In this document: piece by piece, positions 37,701 through 60,671 of the stretch
How the letters are laid out: each line of letters begins with the position of its first letter
How positions within the stretch are numbered: the first letter of the stretch is position 1
Source: the human T2T-CHM13v2.0 reference genome, Homo sapiens
DNA: 64,000 nt
Assembly: GCF_009914755.1 (NCBI RefSeq)
Contig: NC_060944.1
Strand: one strand, 5' to 3'
The notes under the pieces: model-generated
What the model saw: the letters and a program-made list of their open reading frames with translations, nothing else
Told to the model about the DNA's origin: nothing
Databases searched by the model: none
Position numbers and translations under genes: made by a program

Positions 37701-37854
37701 AAGGACCAGAAGGAAATATTTAAAGCTCTTGTTTCTAGTCCTTGTAACAACCATCTTTAGTACTTGTTACGGAACACAGATTGTTATGGGGGCAGCCAAG
37801 GGTTCACTTGGAATAAGAGTGGAGAAGATGCACCATGGAAAATGGGATAACTCA

Positions 37855-38280
37855 TGCATTAGTCAGCTGCTGTTCCCTAGGAAAAACCTTAGCATCTCGG
37901 GGGCTGACAGCAACAAGCTATACCTGTCATGCTCTGCCGCCTGCACATGGGCTGGGGGTCAGTGGGTCTGGTGCTGGCTTGGCTTGTGTCTTCATGCTGG
38001 GGTCCATGCTGAAGGGGTGGTGCCTGTCTGGGCCAGGTTCTTCTCATGGAGGCTCAGACGGGAGCAGGAGGACCAGCCTCTCACACACGCAGGGTTAAGG
38101 TCTCTGCGCTTGTCCCATGTGTTAACATCCTATAGGCCAAGCAAGACCCATGACCATGCACAATGGCAATGGGGGTCTACTCTGCATTTTCTGGAAAGAG
38201 GCGCTGCTAGCTGCATGGCACAGGGCATGGATGTATACTTTAGTTCCAGCGAGGGAGCCAGCTGTCCATCCATCTTGTCA
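37855..38280. mobile_element. MLT1 (MaLR) LTR-like fragment
   Basis: tgcattagtcagct...tctcgggggctgacagcaacaag...ggccaagcaagacccatgacca. Confidence 0.4.
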
Positions 38281-39159
38281 CACCCCCATGAATCTTGGAA
38301 AAACACTGTTGTGACATGGCATATATGCGCCCAGGAAGCAGGTGGATTTCGTGCTGGCAGTGGTTGGCTGAACTCCTACTACCTAGGCTGACTTTTCTCT
38401 GTCTCCTTTGTTCCATCCTGGGATTTTTCTGGGAAGTGTTGGCTTCTCAGGAGTCCTCCAAGTGTGGACAGCTCCCTTTTCAGGACCTCTCTCTTTCTTC
38501 TCTATAAAATGAGCAGGTCAAAGGCCATGGCTTCCGAGAGTCCTTTTTAGGCCTATAGTTTGTGATCTGTTGATTACTGTGTTACTCTGGATGAAGAACT
38601 TACCCCTTTCTACCTCCATTCCCACCTCTATCCATTGCTGGCAATGTGGTACCAGACTCACAGGCCCATCCTGGTGGGGGTGTGCATGTGGGAGAGGGGG
38701 CTTATGGTGAAAACCCAGGAGGAAACAGAAGAAGGAGGCTGTGAAACAGTAGTGACCCCCCTGTGCTGCAGAGGGAGGTGCAGGTAGAGTGAGTGGTGGG
38801 GAACGTGGCTGTCCCTTGTGAGGCAACACATCTGGGGGAAGCAGAGGGAGCTCCTTCCTCAGTCTCTGCCCATGCATTCTCTTCAGTGCCCTAGTCCCTG
38901 CCGTCTCACACCCCGTTTCTCTGCTCCAAGGAACAGTACAGGGTGTGGACGCTGGTGAAACACATCCGTAGTAACCAGCTGGCCTGTAGCTTCATGGTAC
39001 TGTGGCTTGGCTGGAAGTCCATGCTAGGATGGGAAGCATGAGCCGGGACTTTCCAACAAGCTGAGCACACAGGCCTGTGTGTGCTGGGTGGGGCTGGGGT
39101 CTCAGTGCTGAGGCAGCACTTTGCTGTATTTTTAATTTTTAATTTTTTGTAAAAGATAA

Positions 39160-41160
39160 AAAGATGATGGAAGTATGTCAGGAGGACACAGGAAGCAGCT
39201 TAAAGGGGCTCTACTAGTCAACTCTGAGAAAATTTAAACATTCAAATAAATGATAGTAATAGATTACAATTCATTGAATAAAATAAGAAACCATGAATCT
39301 TCTAGATCTGTGGATAAATAGATGATTAACAAATAGAGAGATGGAAAGATAGATACAGATAAAGGAGAAAAGTTCTTCCTTGGAGTAAAAAGAATGCCAT
39401 TAATAAATATAGAAAAAATGAAGCAATTTTATTTTTCTATATTTATTAGAAAAGAAGTAATAATAAACTTTTTTATTGTAGTTTTGAAGTGACTTCAAAC
39501 TTACAAAAAGCAGCAAGAGTAATATAAAGAGCTCCTGTACACACCCAGACCCTCCCACTCCTCACATTGTGTCTCGCGCGCTTTTCCCTCTTTCTATATG
39601 TGTATGCACTGTTACAGCTTTTCCTGAGCCATTTCAGAGCAAGCTGCAGGTGTGACTCCTTTTGTCCCTAGACATTCTCATCTGTGTCCCCTAAGGCCAA
39701 GGACATTCTCCAGCACAGCCTCAGTGCAGTGAGAGGAATCACAGCACTAGCATGGGTCCACATTGTCGTCTAATCTGTCATCCATGCAATTCATCAACTG
39801 TGTGTCATTGTCAGGCCGCCTCAGTCTCCTCTGATCTGAAACCGTTTCTCAGTCTTTCTTATCTTTGTAATCTTGTCATTTTTGAAGATAACTGGCGATT
39901 TCATGGAATGTCCTCAACTGGGCTTTGTCAATGGATGAGATTCAGGCTATGCAGATTTTCAGAGAAGAATTGTAGATGTGATCTTGTGTCCCTCAGTACC
40001 TCCTACCAGGAGGCCATAACATCGCTGTCCCATGGCTGACAGACACTAACTTTGATCTCTAGGTTCAGATGGTATCTGACAGATCTCTCCACAGTATGGT
40101 TTACTCTTCTCTCCTTTATAATTAGGAATTATTTCACTGAGCAATACTTTGAAATATGTATTTATGTCTTACTTATAAAGTTTTCACTTTTGCTTTCTAG
40201 CTTTAGCATACAATAATAATTCCTCTTCGAATCAATTGTTATTATGATTGCTTTCAAATTGTATTCCTAACTTCGTTTTTAAAACATACTTATAAATGGC
40301 ATTCATTCTACTGCAAGGAAACACTTTTCTCTTTTACCTACCTATCCATCTATCTGTTAGTCATCTATTTTGCTATAGATCTATCCCACTCATGGTTTCT
40401 TATTTTACTCAGTGAGTTAGAATGTATTGCTCTTGATTATTAGAATGTTAAAATTATCTCAGAATAGGCTAGTGGGAGCCCCTTTAAGCTGCTTCCTGTG
40501 TCCTCTTGACATATTTCCATCATTATTTGAGCTTATCCTTACTTTCTGATATAACAAGAAGTCCTAGATTTATGTTTTACTTTCTCTGATCCAAGGTGAA
40601 AATCAGTGGTTGGAATCTGCAGTGAATGCAGAAAGCAATTCCCGCGTGCTGCCTGTACTCACCACTCCTGGAATGCCGTGAGGCCTCAGTCAGAGATTCT
40701 CAACCTGGGGCAATTTTGCTTCCCAGGGCACATTTGGTAATGTCTAGGGATGTGTTTGGTTGTTCCAATTTGTAAGGCAGGTGCTACTGGCATTTAGGGA
40801 GAGAGGGCAGGGATGCTGATCAACATTCTGCAATGCATAGGACATTTCCTAGGTCTCACATGGCCACAGTGCAGAAGTAGAGGAACCTTGTTCTTGGCCT
40901 TGTCTGTTGGTCAGTGCTACAAAATACACACAGAAACTTACCCACGTGTAGATAGCTATTGTTCTATTACCTATTTACGTATTAAAAACTCTGAGTTAAT
41001 ATTGACACCAAACCCAATGCAATGAGATTCTTTCCAGTCCCCTCCTTTCTATAGTTGTGGCTCTTTTCTTGGACATTTATAAATCTTAGTTCCATTATCA
41101 TCAATATATTTACTTGCTTTCTCTGTACTAGAACTCACAGAAGGTGAAACATTATTCTAG
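39160..41160. mobile_element. Old L1MC-type fragments with a nested MER20 (~40690-40890)
   Basis: L1MC-like text (ttcaaacttacaaaaagc..., gtgggagcccctttaagctg). MER20 text (ttctcaacctggggcaattttgc...gggcacatttggtaatgtct...gtgctactggcatttag). Confidence 0.55.
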
Positions 41161-42729
41161 ATCAGTGTTTCCCAATTTATCTTCACAGGACACTCTTTCT
41201 CATGGTTGCTGATACATGTTAGCCCTTCCCCGCAAAACACAAAGGGTGTGAGGAACAGAATCGTCTAGGAAAGTTGGAAGAGAATGAATCAGATTCTCAT
41301 TGCAAGTATTTTTTGTTTTAATGAATATTCTAATGTGCATTGGTATCTCTGAATGGAGGCTTTTGTATACAGTATAATTTCAATGTATTCTTCAGGGAAT
41401 CTTTGAAAATGTAATTAGCAATATATATTAACTCATAGCCACATTTGTGCTGTGTGCAACAGTTTGCAAACACTGTTTTAGATCTTTTGCACCCTGCAAG
41501 GAGTTTTTCTAGAATTTTCCATGAACATAAAGAGTTTCATGCTTTTGCGGAAATTCATTACTGAGAAATATTTATACAGCAGGTTTTCTCTGTAGTAGTA
41601 CACTATTGCATGAGACTGTGTATGTGTGTTTGAGATTGTGTGTGTGCATGCACCTGAACAAGGCACCAATCCCTCAGGAGCCTGAGAGCTGCCCACTACG
41701 GGTCCCCTGATGGCTCACTCCATTCAGCAGCTCTTGTGTTCCCCCGGAAGCCCTCATCGCTCTTCTCTGAGGTCTCTGGGTTCCCACTGCAGCATTTGTT
41801 ATCACTGTCGTAGTTCAGCAGCACCATGGCATTTTCCTAGGGTAGCATCACATTGAAGATGCACTCACTTTACCTCCTGTGCTTCCTTCCAGTGGGCTCA
41901 ACCTACTCCAAGGCACCCTCTTCTGGTGAGAATCACAGGCCTAGAAGGAAAGAAGGGGATGTCTATCAGCTGCCATGCCTGTGCCTCTCTGCTTCCTTTG
42001 TTCCATGCACATGGCACACTGTCTACTTGCTCAATGCTGTGGTCTCAGCCCTAGCACTGGACTCAGTAAGGAATTAGTTGAGCGAATGAATGGATTCTCC
42101 AGCAATCTTTATAAAATATGTTTTCCACATTTTTCAGACAAGGAAACTGCAACAAAAAGTGTCAGACCCCACACTGTGATCTCAACACTGCTGAGCTCTG
42201 CCTGGAATCTTGGAACTCTCCAGCGATCTCCTCTCCTTAAGAGTGGACGTGGGATGCCTCCACGCATTCAGTCAAAATAAGGTTATGGTGTGCCTGTTGT
42301 GTGCTAGGAATTATCTTCTCATCAGAAAAAGAATCTCTCTATGTTTTGGGAATAAGTGAAGAACAAAATGATGATGTGTAAGAGGTTCTTGCCAAATTGC
42401 TCGGCACAGAGAAGCCCTGGAGAAAGGCTGACAGTATTGCTGGTGGGGGCTCTGCTGGCTGGTTTCCAGGACTCTTCCTCTGGGACAGCTTGTGCTTCCT
42501 GCCACCCTCCCCAGGGTCATTTCTTATCCTTCCCCAGTTGCATTTTGATATTTCCTTTTAAGATTTTACTGTTTTTCAAAAGATCCAAAAGTAATTAAAA
42601 CTCTAGCCATTGAAATGGCAGTTCTAACAAGTCGTCTTAGAGTCATTGTCACCTCATGGGGCTGCTAGCAAGGTATCCATATGAAATCATCTTATCCACA
42701 CTGGGAAAGTCTCTGACACACCCATAAAG

Positions 42730-43560
42730 GCATGTTCATCCAGTATGCACACTGAGTGTCCTCCACATTCCACAGATTGTGAGAAGCACAGACACATTAC
42801 AGAGAATGAGATGGATACAATATTGCCTTAAACGAACTGGTGGCCAAGCCAAATTCTAACTGCAGAGAATGATCAGGAAGGAGCGATTTGAGGAAATAAC
42901 ATGTGAGCTAGACTTTTAAGGAGGAGAAAGAGCCAGCTGCAGAAAGCCAACAAGAATGGTGTTTAATGCAAAGAAAATCATAAACCGACCCCTAGCTGGA
43001 AATGATCCTAACCTGTGGAAGCTCCTGAATTGAGTGAGGAACCGGCTGGCAGGAGAGGTAAGCAGACTGGGTTTGGTGGATGAGCAGATATCAATTCCTG
43101 CCATGCCTTGCACACCGTGCTGAAGAATTTCTATTTTACTCCAAGTGAAATGAGAAGCCTTTGAAAGCTTTTACCAGGACATGACAAGACACCTTTTATA
43201 TTATTAGAAGGCTGGCATGGCCACAGGGAAGGAACAGGCTTCTAGTTGGTGAGAATGGGAGGGTGGAGAACAGTCAGGAGGACATTGCAGTTGCTCAGGA
43301 AAGAGAGGACAGTGACCTGGGCCTGTGCCGTGGCCGGGAGTTGGAGCACAGGAGACTCAGGATGCCTATGAGAGGTGGCGGGGCAGGACTTGCTGAGGGC
43401 TGGGTTGAGGGCGCAGTGAGGAGGAAAGAACAGAACTCCAGCCCAGGCCTGAGTAAGTCACAGGATGGTTACTCAGCCAAGGCAGAGGTGAGGATGAGCA
43501 GATTGTCAGGGCTGGGGCTTTGGGGAGGAATCCAGAGCCGTCCTCATAGAGTGTTGGGGC
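42730..43560 (-). mobile_element. L2 fragments
   Basis: L2-like text (tgaagaatttctattttactccaagtgaaatgagaagcc..., caggaggacattgcagttgctcaggaaagagaggacagtgacctgg). Confidence 0.5.
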
Positions 43561-44864
43561 GTTATGCATGTAGGACTGTGGATCTCAAATGCCACCCCGT
43601 GGATCCAGCTTAGAGGTTCAGGTTTTACGAGAGTGCAGGGGAGGGCACCTCTCAATTTTGATCATGGACTTCATTTGGGGCAGTACCACATGGTTTTCCA
43701 TTATGAATTAGTGATAGTCAATTTTAATCTTTGCCAACCATATTTGGAAAATTAACATTAGCAATTCTTAATCTAAAAAAGCATGGATTACAGGAACCCA
43801 GAGTCTATAACCCATGGCTTGGAAGGTGTCTGAGAGAGATCCTGGGCTGTGTCAGATTTCGCAGAGAGGGTGGGTGGCTGACCTCTGAGAGATGGAGGGC
43901 TTCTGACAGGAACTAAGGTGGGAAGAGTCTCGCAGAGCGGCAGTCTTCCTACCCCACGATAAAGAAGGTGACAATATGTTGAAATATGACATGTGAAGAT
44001 GAAGAGATCATGAAGAGAATCCTCCAAGGTGGCAGATAAACCACAAAGCTACAGGGCAATTCCTGTGCCCCCAGCCACCTGCCCTGTAAATCCCGGCATC
44101 CTCCACTTCACCACAATGACCAATAGAGGGCAGCATTCACCCATGGATGACCAGCCCCTCAGGTGCCTTTTACTCCAGCTTCACCCTGGGGAGCAGGCTC
44201 TGAAGGTGGCCCTGGGGTCGACATAGGATCTGCATTGAAGGAAGAAGCTCTACTAACTAAACACTCCCTGAGTGCTGTATGGGTTCTGCAGAGGCCCCTC
44301 TGCTTGGCTCTGTTCTTGCTGCTCTGGGCTACAGGGGTGTGCAGGGTTTTATTGATCAGAGCAATGGCCAGTAGATGGCATAGCCTCCTTTTCCTGCAGC
44401 TGTCCCCACGGCCCTGCTGGACAGGCCCAGAACGGACCCTCTCAGAAGACAAGGACTCTCTCAGGGTGGGTGATGAACATGTGGACACCTCTGTGGACAA
44501 GACTGGTTTCTTTCCTCTCTTTCACTCTTCCCTCTTCCGCTGTTATTACTGTTGGCCCTCTTCCTCCCCTCCCCCTTTACTAAAGCTACCCATCTCCCAT
44601 CTCCTTCTTGCTCATGGTCCCTTCTGGAGGTCAGAGGTGTGAATGCCAGGGAAAATCTACTTTTGTTCTTGTGGTTAACAGGGACACGTGATCCATTTGT
44701 GACAGACACAGTTTTCCATCCACGATGAGGTGTCTAGGGAGAAGATTCACCTTAGTCCCGATCTGATAAATCTCTAGACAGTGGAACTCTCTTACTGGTA
44801 CCTGCTCAGGCCTGGTGCTTACATTCCGCTCCAAATAGCTTCATCCTCTCCCATAAAACATAAT

Positions 44865-45725
44865 ATCACCACCATCTCCATCCAAGCAATCATCATTATC
44901 ATCACCACAATCACCACTGTCCCATCAGCATCACTGTTATCACCACTGTTGTAAACATCATCACTAGTGTCACCATCACTATCTCCACCAACCTCACCAT
45001 TAACATACTCAGCAACATAAGCACCATTATCCCCATTATCATCAACACCCCCATCACCACTAGTACCATCACTGTCAACCACCATTACCATCACCACCAT
45101 CACCATCATTATCAACACTATTGCCATTGCCATCACTATTACTACTAACATCACCATCACCACTATCACCACAACCACCACCATTACCATCACCACCATC
45201 ACTACCATCACCACCACCATTGCCATCACCATCACCACCACAATCACCATGGTAATCCTCATCCGTAACACCATCATCATCATGACTACCATTACCAGTA
45301 TCAACATGACCACCATAACCACCATCATCACCACATCACTATCTTCATTACCATCATCATCACCATAATCACCACCGCTTTCACCACCATCATCATTATC
45401 GTCAGCATCACCTTCTCCATTATCATCACCGCCATCACCATTACTGCCACTGCTGTCACCATTCTCACTTTTGCCACATCATAACCACTACCACCACCAT
45501 CACCAACATTATCACCACCATCATCACTACCATCATCACGCTATGACCATTATCAGCAACGTGACCACTACAATCCCCATCATCACCGTCACTATCACCA
45601 CCATTACTATCATCATCACCACAATCACCACTGCTGCTATAGCATCATCATTAGCATCTTCACCACGATCACCATCTCCATCTCCACAATACCGTCATCA
45701 TCACCATCATCATTTTCACTGTCAC
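44865..45725. repeat. Degenerate (CAC/CAT)n trinucleotide low-complexity tract, ~860 bp
   Basis: Continuous ATC/ACC/ACT triplets. Source of the spurious Val/Met-rich and His/Thr-rich ORFs. Confidence 0.92.
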
Positions 45726-46589
45726 TGCCAGGTGTCAGCAGTTACTCTGCATTGGACATTGTGTTCTGCCCTTTATCAACCTCGTGTGATTATACAGTCA
45801 TTCTGATTCTATATTTTATACAGAAAAATAAGGTGGCAATTGGCTTTGTAACACGATAGAAGAGTATGATAACCTGCCTTCTATTCTCAGAACTATTTTG
45901 AAATCAATAAAAGAGAAGACTTATTTTATTTCTCATCTCCCACATTGCTGGATCCTTTCTAGATAGGTCTGGTCTGGACATCCACAGTGATGTCCTCACT
46001 GGTCCACTGGTCTGCACCCTTAGATTCTGTTTCTCTGGTTCTCAAATGTTCTGAAAGCCACATCCCCTGCCACATGAAGCCCTGGAAACCTGCCCTCTGT
46101 GGCTTCCCTTCAGCTTTTGCCCATCATGTGGCTTGGCCTCTAGAGAAGCTGGACTTCCTTGACGTTCTCAGACACATCCTGTCCAAGCTTATATGAATTT
46201 GCCCTTCTGGAAAGTGCACTGTAGCTCCCCATCCACCATAGATCTTTGCCTCTTCAAATATAACATGCTTCCCAAGTTCAGGTCTACATAAACCTTTTCT
46301 ATAAATCCTTCTCTGATCCATGTAACCAGGTGTGAACCTTTTGATTTTGGTCTCCTACAGCACTTTTATATTCACTATAGGCATTTATCCTCCTCCTCTC
46401 ATGGTCTTTCTTACTTGTGTGTGTATTTCTGTCCCCCACTAGTCCATGAGGTCCTGGTGAGCAAGGACTGAGTCTCCTTCCCCACGTGATGTGCCTTTCA
46501 GAGATCGCTGAGAGAATCACAAACAAAAACTAGCTAATAATAATAACGTCACCTTACAATGAACATAACATTCAATAATTTATTATAGC

Positions 46590-46745
46590 ATCACATAACT
46601 GCTTAGTAGTTACTATTACTGTCTCCATTTTACAGATGAAGAAATTGAACCACAGAGAGGCAAGTACTACAAAATCGCACAGCTTATAAGTGGAAGAACC
46701 AGGCTTTTAACCCGTGCAGTCTGGTTTCATGCTTTTGGCATGAGG
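46590..46745. mobile_element. MIR
   Basis: ctccattttacagatgaagaaattga...cacagagagg...cacagcttataagtggaagaaccagg is the MIR core. Confidence 0.75.
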
Positions 46746-48038
46746 TTAGATCTCCCAGCAGTCCCCAGTCCTCAACACCTTTGGATACTTGGCAAATTCC
46801 ATGGTGGGCCCAGTTAGATAGCTTTTGAGCTGGAGCTCAGTGTTTGAAACCTCTGAAACTCCAGGGTCATCCCACCTCATATGGAACTTGACACTTATTT
46901 ACACCCACGTGTCTTGGCCCAGACTCCCTGTTTTGGAATTCCCTTCCCCTATGTCACCTCATTGATTCCTCTTCAACTTTTGTGATTCCACAGAAATTAC
47001 ATTCTCCATAAAGATGACTGTCTAGATCGGGCTACCCAGAGGGAGTCCTTGTAATCAGAATTCAATTGCAAGTGGCTTATTTGGAAGGCAATCCCTGGGT
47101 ACACTACTAGGACAGTGAGGAAATGAAACAGGGATGAGAAGGTGGTCAATACTATGAGTGTGAGCTGTCAGGCTACTGACTGCTATGTGGCTCATTTCTG
47201 CTGGGAACGTCTGGCAGATTGTGTTTGACGTGTCAGGTGGTGTCAGTCGTTGCTGGAGACTGTGCCAGGGAATTAGTTATCTTGCACTTACTTGGGCTAT
47301 TTGTACAGGTAAATGGTTACAGATGCTGGCAAATGGAAAGTGGGCTGATTGATGCTGAGGTAGAAAGGACCCAGGAATGTAGGCAGCTTGTCCTCCTCCC
47401 CTAGCCTCTCTATGGGTTTGGTGCCTTGCTCTGTGCTCTCCAGTGCCCTATTCTCTCCTCTGATTTCCACTTCCCTGTCTAGCAGACCTGACACCCATTG
47501 ATGGTGGAAGACTCAGATCTTCCTCCTCGAGTTATCCAGCACCCAATCGAGTGTCTACCACAGAGCACATGCTCAATAATACAGGAGGAGGACACAATTA
47601 GGCCCATTTTATGACAAGTCTGAAAATTTTCCATAAATCTTTGTTTAGCAACTTTAATTTATGGACAAATCCTCTTGAGTAATTAAAAGAGAAACATTTT
47701 ATAAAAGTTGCAGAAACAGAAAGCAAATAGCTTTATGTCATTTAAAAAAAATCACACAGAAAAGTGAAAATGTCTATAAAAGAAATGAGAGACAAGGAAA
47801 ATTGTAATCATTAGCTTGGAGGCCCAAAAGTAAAATAAGGTAAAGGTGAAAATGAATCACTGGTGCTATGAAGCTCATTCCCTTCCATGGAACAAGGAAT
47901 TGGGTAAGAGAGGCAACCCAACACCACATGCCAGCACCCAGGCAGTTCCAAGTGGGTTCAGGGCAAAATAATCTTGGCATCTTGGTGAACTTGGTGGGTG
48001 AAAACACAAATGATCATCAAGGTACTCTGCCTAGGTGA

Positions 48039-48533
<495 letters not shown>

Positions 48534-49959
48534 TGAGCTGTGCTCTTGCTTGCCTGGTACCCCGGTGCTGTGGGCAGCACAGACATCTGCCTGGTGTGAT
48601 TGAGTGGGCATTTGTGGTAGTCATTAGGGCTGTCCCTTGAGTGCTTCTGTTTCTTATGGGTACAAGACAGGATTGTCCTTCCCCTTCCTTTGAGTTTGTT
48701 GTAGTCATGACCTGCTTTGGTCAATATAATAGAAGAATAAGTGGCATCTGTTACTTCCAGTTGCACTTGGGGAAAGCTGGTGCTCATTGCCTTGGCCACT
48801 GATACCATTGTGAGGGTGTCTTCTCCATCATCTTGGGGTCCAGAGTGAGCACAACATAGTTCAGCACCCCCAACACACATGCAGTGCATCTATACAAATA
48901 GCAGTCACAATAATGGAATGGTATGTTGCTGTCTTAAGTCCCTCATACTTTTTTTGTTACCACAGCATAACCCAGCTCATCCTGACTGATGCCACCATTT
49001 CAAGAGAAGAGAAATGAGACTGAGAAAGATTAAGATATTTTCTTAAGATTGGACACTGTGTTCCTACCCGTTGTGCTTGCCTTATAGGTATGTGTTCTGG
49101 TTTTGACAATCAAGATATAGATAAAATGAGGGCAGAAACATTTGATTATTTACTAAGAGCAAGAGAAGGAGAAAGAGAATTAAACAGAGAGGAAGAAGAT
49201 ATGTAAGGAGGAAAAGCAATAAACTAGGAACCAAGCGCGTGCAATCTTTATAATTTCTTTAGAATTTTCTTCGCTTTTAAAACTTTGTTTTATTTTTGAA
49301 AGGGAAGGAGTATCTTCCATTAATTTTATAGGACATCCCATGCTTTTTGTAAAACGGAGTTTTATTTATTTTCCACTAAATACAAATATTTATTGCCTGT
49401 CTACTATAGGCTATACTTTGGCCTTTTGTTCTGTATAATTCTCCTCATTTAAAAAGGTATAATTAGTCAACATACATTTCATAGATTTACAGCCAAGTAT
49501 TGTCTGTATACCTATTGGTTTCACTTTGATCTTCTATATTCAGAAAAAGAAAACAAGAAGAGACTTTAATAACTAATTATAAGATAAACATTAAGAGTCT
49601 TGTGTTAGGCTTCTGTGTACACTGTTCAGTTAGTTTTGAAATTATTTTTGTATTCATTCATTCATTCATTTCTCTTAATTCTTTTTTCCAGTCGAAAGAG
49701 AATTTATTTAAGCACAGAGATCAAGCAAAAGTGGAGCACAGGACACACTTTCAAGTTGCCTTGGGGACTGCTCTGTAGAACAAAAAAGAAACTCAAGATT
49801 TTAAGGAATAAAAAGTACAAATGAAGAGAAGGCATGATTACAAAAGTTGTTGATCAGTAATTCTCATTGGTAGACAGAAATACCAGTGGCTAATGATCGG
49901 CTATACATTGTTGAATTATAGGATGTATGGTATTTAAAATATATTTATTTAAAACTAAA

Positions 49960-56090
<6,131 letters not shown>

Positions 56091-56139
56091 CCTATCACTC
56101 AGGAAAAATTGTGGCTTCAGCAACTCTCTTTAGTATGGA

Positions 56140-57490
<1,351 letters not shown>

Positions 57491-60400
57491 AAAGATTGGG
57501 TTCTTTCGACACCTAGTCAAAAATGAAAGTGTTATCCTCATGAAAATGTACTCACTAATATGGTATGTACAATAGTTAGTGTATCATGAAGTTTGTTTTT
57601 ATTTTATGTTATTTCGTTTTTCATTTTACCCAAGTGAGACCCAAATTGTTTTATTTTTTACAGGAATTTAATGAGATAGGATTTCTTGACTTTCACATTT
57701 GTAGGGTGCAGAACTGTGTAGTGAACTGCTCACAGCAAGGATGTATGCCTGTGAGGTGACACAGACCCGATGGATCAGACTTGGCCTCCATCCTCCTCTT
57801 ATCCTGATGAAATCTGACAGCTCCAGACAACACAGATGTAAAACTTTGACCAACAGTAAGATGGCTTGAAGAAATACTTCTTTCAGGACAAACTCTTTCT
57901 GCACATTCCATAAGGTAATCAATATAGGATATAATTATACATTTGCACAATTTTGAAGCCCACTACAACAATGAGAGTTTTAAAATGCTGTGATTAGTGA
58001 TCATTGTCAATAGAGTCTTAACGATCATCAATCTTAAGTCAAGAAAATTTAGAAAGTACTAAAATCTTAGTGCTCACATGAAAGAAAACTGGAAGCTTTT
58101 CCAAATTAGACAACAACCAGACAAATTTGCATAATATTACCAATGTGAGTTTTGAAGCAGAAAGAAAATGTTATAAACCATGATTTTCACAAGTAGGATT
58201 GATTGTAGTATTTCATAATTTTGGATGATTGTAGTATTTATCAGAATTTTAAAGTGATCAAACTGAGTGGAAAGACTGGTTTACCTTTCTGCTATATTTA
58301 TAGAAAATTCTATTATAAAATCAATGTCATGTGATGAGGCAAATTGTGACTCAATAGTTGACTATGAAAACATAGAAATAACTTATTACACTGCTGTGTC
58401 AAGTAGCTAATTAATAAAAATGCTATGTTAGCAAGTAAAAAGAACACAAATTTAGGAAGGGCAAATCTGCCCTTTCATCTGCAAGGTGCATGGATGGACT
58501 GATGAGGACAAAGCCAATGACATCATGAACAGGAAACAATGTTTCTCTCAAGCTGCAGGTTTGAAAAGTCAGGAAGCCTCTTCCTTGGCTGAGGACTGCT
58601 TTCTGACTCAATGGAAGACCTTATTCTCTAGTGTCAGGGGCTGTCAGAAACTTTGCTTATGAGTAAGAAGAACATCCCACTGCCTGGATGATCTATATCC
58701 ACCTTTACACAGAAGCACAGAGCTACAGAGAAGGGGTTTCTGGATGGAACGTTCCACATCTGGCTGGACTTTATGGGTTCTAAAGACACAGGACCTAGGT
58801 CCACTTTGCAGACGAGACTTGACACTGGCTGCTTTACACTGAGGCCTGCCATGCTCTGAGTCCATCACTACAGCCTCAAAAATCCCTCCCCACAGTCTTA
58901 TAGTAACCTCTTTGCTTTGTTTTTTGAATCATCCCAGATATCTTGATGTGAATTTATTCCCTTTTTGCAATAAGCCAATAATCTTGAGTCTGTTAACTGC
59001 AAAATCAGTTTTGATGACTGATCGCACTAGGATGTATATCATTTTTCTGGAATTTGGGATGATTGTTGTATTTATTAGGACTTTAAAATGAGTAATTTGT
59101 TGTGACTTATTTCCTCTTCTTAAATAAACACTAACTTCTGTGCTTAGTTTCAAATTGGTTATATTATGCTATTTTTCATGCAGATAACCCTCTGAATTAT
59201 GTAAGCCTCAGACCTCACGGAACCTGGGTTGTCTGTGGTCATAGTGCTGAGAATCCACCTGCCCAAGGAATGACCGCACTTGTTCCTGCTTCCCAGGCCT
59301 CCATTGGATTTATCTCTCCTTCCAGAGTGATTTGTCTATGCTGAAGGTGGAATTTCTAACCTCTGTGGTTTTACACTTTTAGCAAGAATATGTGACATTA
59401 TTTTTGCTAAAGGAACTCTTAGAAGGGGTGCAATATTTCCAAAACATGACCCTTAGGAGACTTTTTTACTCCCAAAACCCGGTAGCTTCCAGAGAGAGCC
59501 CAGATCCTCAGCTTGGTGCAGAAGACAAAGACCCACATGCTCACCTTCAAGCTTCGCTGTCCCCTGCTCCCCACCTAGGGAACAGACACACAGGGAGATG
59601 GTGGAGGGAGCCCTCTACAGAGCCAGACTTTCCCCTCCACTTCCCCAGGAAGAGAGAAGTCAGAAAAGTTACTGGTTTACAGAAAATCACCTTTTCCTTG
59701 TGTCCTTGGATGGTGGTTGCTTATGTCAAGACAGACCCTCCACCAGGTAGAGAACCATGAGGATCTCCATGCAGGGAAGACTTTGCCCCTAACCACGATT
59801 CCTGGGCACATGCTGTTCTGCTCTCAGCCCCTCTTTTCCAACAGAAGCCTGAATCAGTGTGTGCACCCCCCGACCCCCCTACACCGGGTGAGACCCAGAC
59901 TCAATTCTCCTCAGCTCATGGCCTCCTGGGCGCTGCTTCACTTTTTTCAACCCAAAACCTTGGTTAAATCCCGTGGGGGTGGAGGGGAAATGAAGGAGGT
60001 GCTCCCCACTATCCCTACCAGATCATTCTCCTCCTGGCTTTCTATGTGCGGCACATGGGGTGCTGGCCTCAGGGCTGTTTGGGCAGTTTCCCCTTTGTCA
60101 TTTCCCCCTCGGTGTTCATGGCAGCCACTCTTGGTCAACACAGCTCTTGGCATGGAAGATAGTTGAGAGCCCTTCCCACAGGCACCTGCCCTGAGGGCTG
60201 CACCCCTCTGCCCTGAAATGGCAATGGGAAAGGCCATGCAGGGTGGGCGGGCTCTTAGGACTGTAGCCTCTTCTTTGGAGTGCAACTACCCACTATTCTA
60301 CAGAATGGTTTTGACACTAAGGTGATGTTATTTATTAATTAAAACATCCTTTGTGAAAAAAATCGAGTGTCCACTGCATGTCACTTCCATTTGTGTTTTA

Positions 60401-60629
60401 GCTTCTCCATCCCTACCAAGAAACCTGACCTGAGTGCTGGTTTTAAATCCAAGTCTAGAGAAAGGGCGGCTGGATGAGAATGTGTAAAACCCTTCTAGGG
60501 CACAGCTTCCTAGCGTAGGAGACAACCTCCCAGCCTGGGGCACACCCTCCCAGGATGGATGACAGCAGGCTCTGCTTTCTCTGGGTGATCCTGCCCATCT
60601 TTGGTTTGGGTGGCATTTTTCCCAATCAG

Positions 60630-60631
<2 letters not shown>

Positions 60632-60669
<38 letters not shown>
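60632..60669. repeat. (AC)19 microsatellite downstream of CST4
   Basis: Perfect run seen directly. Confidence 0.97.

Positions 60670-60671
<2 letters not shown>

Noticed and set aside
37729-38391. 220-aa ORF
   Set aside because: Non-ATG start, overlaps an MLT1-like LTR remnant, no recognisable homology.
57500-59230. Possible ancient hAT DNA transposon remnants
   Set aside because: Some phrases resemble old hAT elements, but the sequence is too decayed to assign a family or boundaries without a Dfam search.
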